DNA of 32,000 bases from Geitlerinema sp. PCC 9228 (lineage in GTDB: Bacteria > Cyanobacteriota > Cyanobacteriia > Cyanobacteriales > PCC-9228): NCBI RefSeq assembly GCF_001870905.1, contig NZ_LNDC01000104.1, forward strand, positions 5,157-37,156. The letters are read 5' to 3'. The position numbers were made by a program, and so were the translations under genes. This document shows, one piece after another, positions 26,434-32,000 of this stretch (its first letter is position 1; the number at the start of each line of letters is the position of its first letter). The notes under the pieces were generated by a model. The model worked only from the letters and a program-made list of their open reading frames with translations, was not told where the DNA came from and did no database searches.

Positions 26434-27150
26434 CTAACGCGATTGTTGTGCCAAAAAGGCTTCTTGGGCAGCTGCTTGTTCGGCGGCTTTGATGGAACGT
26501 CCCTGACCTTTGCCCAAACAGTGACCGTGCAGCCAAACTTCGGCGGTAAACCGATTGGGGTCGCCGTGAATGGGACGACTTTCTTGGATACGGTATTCTG
26601 GCAGGGCTTTGTAGTGAGCTTGGGTCCATTCTTGCAGGGCAGCTTTGTAATTCTTGCGAGCTGGATCGGCGCGGATTTCTTTGGTAAGTCGCATGAGATG
26701 GTCGTCCAGCCAAGGTCGGATGAGTTTTAGAGTACGTTTGCTTAAGTACAAAGAAGCTAAAACAGCTTCCATGGCATCGGCCATGCGGCGGGTATAACCG
26801 GTTTTATCGCCGACGGCACTGGATGAAACCAGCAAGTAGCGATCGAAACTGTAGTTTTCGGCAATTTTGGCTAAGGTGCGATCGCTGACCAATTCGGAAC
26901 GCAAGGAGGAAAATTCCCCCACCGGTGCTTCGGGATAGTTTTCCCACAGGAATTCGGCTACAACCATGCGCACCACCGCGTCGCCGACGAATTCCAACCG
27001 GTCGTAGTTGGCTTCGGCGTCGAAGGAGGGGTGGGTCAAGGCCAAGTCTAGCAACGACCAATCCACCTCGGTATCCCGTGGCAATCCCAGTCGTTGCAGG
27101 AGTTTTTGCAATTGGCGTTGTCGTTGTGGAGGCAGGCTACTATCGAACAT
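26434..27150 (-). CDS. rnc: ribonuclease III
   Basis: ALTHPSF and NYDRLEFVGDAV (RNase III signature), plus a C-terminal dsRBD ending GKGQGRSIKAAEQAAAQEA. Confidence 0.9.
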   Translation of the reverse strand: MFDSSLPPQRQRQLQKLLQRLGLPRDTEVDWSLLDLALTHPSFDAEANYDRLEFVGDAVVRMVVAEFLWENYPEAPVGEFSSLRSELVSDRTLAKIAENYSFDRYLLVSSSAVGDKTGYTRRMADAMEAVLASLYLSKRTLKLIRPWLDDHLMRLTKEIRADPARKNYKAALQEWTQAHYKALPEYRIQESRPIHGDPNRFTAEVWLHGHCLGKGQGRSIKAAEQAAAQEAFLAQQSR

Positions 27151-27245
27151 CTAGTTTGGCGATGAATATGAACTTCTCAATGGCACAGAGAATCAATTTC
27201 TTTATTGCTATATAGAGATATAAGTATTTGTACTCTCTATTTTCT

Positions 27246-29585
27246 CTATTCTGGACGGGATTGTCCAGTCCGGCGTAGGGGATCTGGTTGCAGTTGGTTG
27301 CTGGAACACCGGGGATGCAAGCCTTTCTGGGCGCAAATATAGGCCATTTGATTGGCGTTAAGATTTTTAACACCGGTAAAATCCACCCCAGCCAGTTTTC
27401 CAGTTGGCGACTCGACGCGCCGGATAAATTCATCTTCGGTAGGCGGTTGTGGCGGCATGAAGGTAACTCCAGCAAAATTGGCACCATCCAACTTGGCCCC
27501 CTGGAGGTTGGCGTGGCTGAGGTCAGCGTCGGTGAGGTTGGCATTTTGCAGTTGAGCGTTCGCCAAATTGGCATCTCGCAGGCGCGCGCCACTGAGGTCG
27601 GTATGGGCGAGGTTGCTGCCTTGAAAATCAGCTTCGGCAAAATCAGCACCCTGCCAGCTACTGCGAGCGAGATTGCTGCGGACAAAATTCGCCCCTTGCG
27701 CTTGTACGCGTCCGGCATTGACCCCCTGTAAGTTGGCACGGGTAAAGTCTGCGCTCACCAAATTTCCCCCTGTAAGTTTGGCATCGGTGAGGTTGGCTTG
27801 CTGAAAAGAAGCTTGCATCAGGTTTGCGTTGCTAAAATTGCTGCCAGCAAGCGCGGCTTGGTTGAGTTGAGCTTGTTTGAGGGTAGCGTCAATCCAATTG
27901 GCATTTTCCATGGAACTGTAGCTGAGAAACGCCCCCGTGAGGTCGGCTTGCATCAAATTGGCACCGCTGAGATCGGCGATGCGATCGTCAAAAGTTCCCA
28001 AGCGTTCGTCCTCGCCAGCACTGGCAAAGCGGCTGTTTTGCAACTGGGCACCGCGCAAAATGGCACTGCGCAGGTTGATGCCCGCTAAATTGTTTTGCTG
28101 TACGACCAAAGTAAAGGGGTGGGGGGATTGGGTTTTCCCCAAATTCACCTGGGAAAGGTCCACGCGGGCATAATTGCCCGTATACACCGTTAAAATTTTA
28201 GCGATCGCTCGTTTGGTAGCGCGCTGTCGTTGGGCCACCAGGCGTCGTTCTTCCGTCTCCCCCGCATAGCGTAACGAGGCCAAATCATTCTCCAAAGTGC
28301 GGTTGAGACGATGCAAATGGGGCAGTGCTTCCGGACCCCGACTTACCAAGGCTTGTTGGATGGTATCGACCAGTTCCGGTTCGGTTTCTTGCCCCAACAA
28401 ATCCACCAACAGGGGAATAGCGCGGGCATCTTCCACCGCCCCCAAAGCCAAAATCGCACTGCGACGTTCTGCGGCAGCTTCCGGAGTTTTGGGCACCAGC
28501 TTATCCAACAAAGCCAAAAACATCTCATTTTCTTGCTGTTGGGAGGCACGCTGGTTGGTTTGCTGCTGGATGTATACCTGTGTCCCCACAAAAGTCGCCA
28601 AAACGGACACCATAGCCACTGCCGTGGTGCCCAACAGGGTAATCCCGGGATGGCGGACCATCCACGGCCATAGCCCGGGTTGGCTGGGTTGGGTGGGTTC
28701 TGGGGAGGATTCTCGCAGAACAATAGCTGCGATCGCGGCATCTTCGTCCATATCCGCAGTATTTTGCCATTGGGCACCGTTCCAAGCTTGCGGTTCCACG
28801 GCGGTAGGTACTGTGGGGGAAAACGTTCTCACCTGCCAGCTATCGGAGGTATCCGCTTGGGCGAGGGCGTCCAGGACGTAGGTTTCTGCCAAACGGTCGT
28901 GCAACGTCCGACGTCGGGGATGCCAGGCAGCCACTGAGGCTTCCGCTACCATTGCGATCGCGCCCAATCCCAAAAACACCGTCACATCGGGAAAAGCACC
29001 GCTGATGCGCCAAATGCCGTAGGCTAAGCCCCAAGGAAGACCCCAACGACCCACCCCCTCGCGCAAAAAAAGATGCGACCAACTGGGAACAGCACCGGTG
29101 GCGGTTACCACTTGCACGCGCAACCACTTTTTGGACCAGGTTTGCCCCGTACGCCAGAGGCCATAAAGCTGCATACCGCCGACGGCAATCGGAAACACCA
29201 ATGCTGCCGACCAAAGCAAATTGGTGGCTGGCGCTACAGTAGGTTCCCTGCGATCGGGATGCCCGAATCCCCAGGCCACAACATGGTTGACCCCCTGCAA
29301 AGCGGGATTTAACGGTACGGAATCGCCGCTGTGGTTTTCAGTAATCCAAACCCCCACCTGGTAGGGAACCGCCGCACTAGCCACCACTAGGGAAACCTCC
29401 ACCATCCAGGCACCACTGCGTCTCAAGACAATGGGAACTTGGCGCCATGGCCGCGGCTTGGGTTGTCTGGGGAACGACCAACCCAAGGGCAGCCACTGTT
29501 GCTGTAGCTGCCGCAGGCGGTCTTTGAGTTTTTCCCAAGTTCCCCTGGAAGAATTGTGGGCGTCGTTTGAGGTTTGGGTGTCCAT
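27246..29585 (-). CDS. membrane protein: N-terminal RDD-like domain, HEAT-like repeats, C-terminal pentapeptide-repeat domain
   Basis: RDD-type features (RRSGAWMVE..., GQTWSKKWLRVQVV, LHDRLAETYV), a central TM helix, a HEAT-like segment (RRSAILALGAVEDARAIPLLVDLLGQ) and ~250 aa of A(N/D)Lxx pentapeptide units. Confidence 0.85.
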   Translation of the reverse strand: MDTQTSNDAHNSSRGTWEKLKDRLRQLQQQWLPLGWSFPRQPKPRPWRQVPIVLRRSGAWMVEVSLVVASAAVPYQVGVWITENHSGDSVPLNPALQGVNHVVAWGFGHPDRREPTVAPATNLLWSAALVFPIAVGGMQLYGLWRTGQTWSKKWLRVQVVTATGAVPSWSHLFLREGVGRWGLPWGLAYGIWRISGAFPDVTVFLGLGAIAMVAEASVAAWHPRRRTLHDRLAETYVLDALAQADTSDSWQVRTFSPTVPTAVEPQAWNGAQWQNTADMDEDAAIAAIVLRESSPEPTQPSQPGLWPWMVRHPGITLLGTTAVAMVSVLATFVGTQVYIQQQTNQRASQQQENEMFLALLDKLVPKTPEAAAERRSAILALGAVEDARAIPLLVDLLGQETEPELVDTIQQALVSRGPEALPHLHRLNRTLENDLASLRYAGETEERRLVAQRQRATKRAIAKILTVYTGNYARVDLSQVNLGKTQSPHPFTLVVQQNNLAGINLRSAILRGAQLQNSRFASAGEDERLGTFDDRIADLSGANLMQADLTGAFLSYSSMENANWIDATLKQAQLNQAALAGSNFSNANLMQASFQQANLTDAKLTGGNLVSADFTRANLQGVNAGRVQAQGANFVRSNLARSSWQGADFAEADFQGSNLAHTDLSGARLRDANLANAQLQNANLTDADLSHANLQGAKLDGANFAGVTFMPPQPPTEDEFIRRVESPTGKLAGVDFTGVKNLNANQMAYICAQKGLHPRCSSNQLQPDPLRRTGQSRPE

Positions 29586-29702
29586 AATCTCCGAATGTAG
29601 CCAATGCGATCGCGGTGCTGCCCGAGAGGAAGCCCGAAAACGAGCAGCATGCCTCTCTAGGCAGGCCTTTTGTCAAGAGGCATTGTACTACAGGCAGCTT
29701 CT

Positions 29703-30020
29703 CTAGGGGTGGTTGGAATTGTTCAAAAACAATTTGTAGCCCACATACAGCACTACACCGACCACAGCGACTGTCATGGCTAGGCTAATCAGGCGGAACA
29801 CGATGCCCACCAGCCAAAAGCCCACCATGACACCGCCAATGCCGACGGCGGCTTTGCCCCAGTTGGGCAGCTGTTGGAATTTGAATAGCAAACGGTCGTA
29901 TAGGTTGCGCATGGAAGATGGTTGGTTGTTGCTGTTGGTTTGGGAAAAGACCTCGCGGTCGATCTTGGTTTCCAGATCGCGCAGTCTTTGGCTCCAGGAT
30001 TGATTGTCTTGTTGGTTCAT
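29703..30020 (-). CDS. hypothetical small membrane protein (105 aa)
   Basis: A polar N-terminal half and two hydrophobic helices (AAVGIGGVMVGFWLVGIVF, LAMTVAVVGVVLYVGY). Co-directional with its neighbours. No family recognised. Confidence 0.5.
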   Translation of the reverse strand: MNQQDNQSWSQRLRDLETKIDREVFSQTNSNNQPSSMRNLYDRLLFKFQQLPNWGKAAVGIGGVMVGFWLVGIVFRLISLAMTVAVVGVVLYVGYKLFLNNSNHP

Positions 30021-30126
30021 AGAGTTTTTATCCTACCAGAGATCGACGGATGCTCTCATTAGCGATTGTAACTTTTGGGCTGGTGAATGGGGTATGGAAA
30101 GCCGCCCCCAGAAAGAAATCTTGATG

Positions 30127-31608
30127 TTATTTGAGTTGCCAAAGCCAGGTGACGATCGCGATCGCTGTGGTGACAATGAAGATGAGTTTGCGATTGGCGG
30201 CTTGTTTTTCTTGCTGTCTTTGTTGCCGTTCTGCTGCTAGTTTTTTTTCCATTTCGCGCAACTGTTGGGCTTGCTTTTGGGTTTGTATGGCTTGTTTTTC
30301 TTTCTCTTTGCTGGCGGCTAGAAATTCATAGTCGTCGCTGCTGAGTTCTTTCCCCGTCGCCCAGGCTTGGGCTTCTTGCAAAGCACGACCGCACAGCAAT
30401 CTGGATGGGTCTTTTTTGTGGGCGGCTATCCAGTTGTCAAGGGCTTCTTGATAGGGGCGGCGCGCGGCGATTTGTTGGCGCACCCATTGATGGTTGAAAA
30501 CGGCTTGATAAATGGGATTTTTGATTTGCAAAATGCCTTGGCGCGCTACCAATAAACCGGATAAAATCAGTTCGCTATGTTCCGGGCGATCGCAAAGTGG
30601 CACGGTTTTTCCCTGGAGAATTTTTTGGTAGGTTTGTAACATGAAATTGCTGTAGTGGGGATGGTATAGTAAGCGATCGCGAATGGTTTTTAAATGTTCC
30701 GGTTGGTCGCGAACTTCCCAGCTATCCACCAAGCCATGGCGTACCAAATTATTTACCCAAGCGTTTTCCTGTTCGGGTGAAAATTGGCCGGTGGTTGGCA
30801 TGGTGGCTTCCCCGACTACCAACTGACATAATTTTTGAGTTAAAAAAGGCTGACCGTGGGTCCAAGCTAAAATGTTTCGCATAACCATTTGCGGGTCTCT
30901 AACCTTTCCCTGCAAACCTGCCTGCAGGCATCCTACTTGAGACAGTTGAAAATCGGGGAGGTGAATGGCTTTGCCAATGTTAAATGGCGTGCGGTTGGGG
31001 TCGTGGATGAGTTGGTTGGGGGTGGCGACGCCAAAAATCGCAAAAGTAATACGTTTGTAAGTGGAATCGAGGGAACGTCGGTTGTAGCAAAAGCGAATCA
31101 GAGCAAAAAAGTCATCCGTGGGAAACGGCAGACCGAGAACGCTGTCGATTTCGTCGATAAAAATAATAATGCGATCGCTGGGGGGAGGGGAATCGCTACG
31201 GCTGTGGCTGGGAACTTGCACCAGGAGAATATCTTCGATAAAATGGCTCAGACGTTGCAGGAAAGGAATTTCATCGGTTTCCTGCCACCAAGATTTTAAA
31301 TTGACTGTCTCCAACAGGTGCAGGCTGCGCCACAGTTCCGTGACCACACCTTTGTACCATTGTAGGGGACTGACATTGTTGCTACCAATGCGGGTCATAT
31401 CTAGGGTAACGCAGCGAAATCCTTCTGCTTGCAGCCGCGATCGCGTGCGTACCAGTAGGGATGATTTTCCAGTTTGACGGCATGTCAAAACGTAGCAAAA
31501 TTCCCCTTGTTGTAAACTTTGGTATAACTCTTCGTCAGCCTCGCGTTCCACATAAGTGGCAGCGTCGCTGTTTAAACTCCCTCCCACTTGATATCGATAT
31601 GCTGGCAT
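30127..31608 (-). CDS. AAA-like / STAND-like P-loop NTPase with C-terminal coiled coil and TM anchor
   Basis: YQVGGSL...YVEREADEELY...VLTCRQTGKSSLL (Walker A-like), IIIFIDEIDSV (Walker B), HGQPFLTQKLC helical module, a Gln/Lys-rich coiled coil, and a terminal hydrophobic helix (LIFIVTTAIAIVTWLW). Start set at ATG 31608; the ORF track extends to 31704. Confidence 0.8.
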   Translation of the reverse strand: MPAYRYQVGGSLNSDAATYVEREADEELYQSLQQGEFCYVLTCRQTGKSSLLVRTRSRLQAEGFRCVTLDMTRIGSNNVSPLQWYKGVVTELWRSLHLLETVNLKSWWQETDEIPFLQRLSHFIEDILLVQVPSHSRSDSPPPSDRIIIFIDEIDSVLGLPFPTDDFFALIRFCYNRRSLDSTYKRITFAIFGVATPNQLIHDPNRTPFNIGKAIHLPDFQLSQVGCLQAGLQGKVRDPQMVMRNILAWTHGQPFLTQKLCQLVVGEATMPTTGQFSPEQENAWVNNLVRHGLVDSWEVRDQPEHLKTIRDRLLYHPHYSNFMLQTYQKILQGKTVPLCDRPEHSELILSGLLVARQGILQIKNPIYQAVFNHQWVRQQIAARRPYQEALDNWIAAHKKDPSRLLCGRALQEAQAWATGKELSSDDYEFLAASKEKEKQAIQTQKQAQQLREMEKKLAAERQQRQQEKQAANRKLIFIVTTAIAIVTWLWQLK

Positions 31609-31707
31609 TTGGATTTCCCAATTGTTTGAAAGATGGTATCGTTTGTGACTACAACATGCTGGCGCTATATATCTATTATGTCTCCCTTGTATCGGGAAGG
31701 ACATGGC

Positions 31708-32000
31708 TTAAGATTGGCTATTATAATAAAAATTACAGGTATCGCTGAGGGTAACGCGATCGCGCCCTTGGCTTTTAGAAGCATATAAAGCGCGATCGGC
31801 CGCTTGCACCACGGTAAAGGCATCGAACTTCGCATCGGCTACCGCGGAAGCCACCCCCAAACTCAGGGTAACAATTGCTGCGCCGTAGGGAACGCTTTCG
31901 TGAGCAATAGCCAGCGATCGCACCCGGTGGCGAACTTTTTGGGCCACTTCCTGCGCTCCTTTGGCATCGGTTTGTGGTAGGATAATGGTAAACTCCTCCC
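31708..32000 (-). CDS. GGDEF-domain protein, C-terminal part (5' end outside window)
   Basis: The frame is open to the window edge. The translation reads (G)GEEFTIILPQTDAKGAQEVAQKVRHRV...ADRALYASKSQGRDRV, i.e. a GGEEF motif and the GGDEF-domain C-terminus. Confidence 0.8.
   Translation of the reverse strand, partial: EEFTIILPQTDAKGAQEVAQKVRHRVRSLAIAHESVPYGAAIVTLSLGVASAVADAKFDAFTVVQAADRALYASKSQGRDRVTLSDTCNFYYNSQS

Larger units (their letters stand above)
50..31921. repeat. HIP1 (highly iterated palindrome) GCGATCGC, dispersed, about 49 copies counted by eye
   Basis: First copy at 50-57, last at 31914-31921. A random 8-mer palindrome would be expected roughly 0.5 times in 32 kb. This is a hallmark of many cyanobacterial genomes. 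Confidence 0.9.

Noticed and set aside
27140-27739. 199-aa minus-strand and 147-aa plus-strand ORFs overlapping the pentapeptide-repeat region
   Set aside because: The low-complexity periodic sequence keeps alternative frames open. The 779-aa frame carries the coherent domain structure.
27300-28100. 15-nt periodic DNA repetition, checked as a possible tandem repeat or CRISPR-like array
   Set aside because: The periodicity is the coding imprint of A(N/D)LxX pentapeptide units. There is no repeat-spacer organisation and no cas genes.

Overview
This is 32 kb of a cyanobacterial chromosome. The diagnostics are about 49 copies (counted by eye) of the HIP1 palindrome GCGATCGC, plus ycf3, sufR/sufBCDS and ftrC. 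Plus-strand and mixed region, left to right: the 3' end of an RTX Ca-binding repeat protein; ppa; a small membrane ORF; a Pro/Thr-rich SH3b protein; a 4-TM membrane protein; purB; a GC-rich ORF-free spacer that looks like a structured RNA; sufR divergent from ftrC-sufB-sufC-sufD-sufS, with two CAAC-N6-GTTG SufR-type operators; a ~0.9 kb AT-rich spacer full of hairpin-repeat copies; a REC-PAS-GAF class III adenylate cyclase; ycf3; gatC. Next comes a ~4.3 kb AT-richer islet bracketed by imperfect direct repeats. It holds a C5 DNA methyltransferase, an unrecognisable 386-codon frame cut in two at a ~110-nt hairpin repeat, an FkbM-type methyltransferase and an RHH-like ORF. The rest is on the minus strand: a 1320-aa PAS/GAF/GGDEF/EAL protein, hom, rnc, an RDD-HEAT-pentapeptide membrane protein, a small membrane protein, a membrane-anchored AAA-like NTPase and the 3' end of a GGDEF protein. 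The best candidate for something undescribed is the methyltransferase-linked module at 15998-18222 and the islet around it. Secondary leads are the dispersed hairpin repeat family, the putative sRNA between sufR and purB, and the GGDEF / AAA-like NTPase / membrane-protein run at the right end. I saw no CRISPR array, tRNA, rRNA, transposase or integrase. All family assignments are motif recognition by eye; no database search, fold prediction or statistics program was run.
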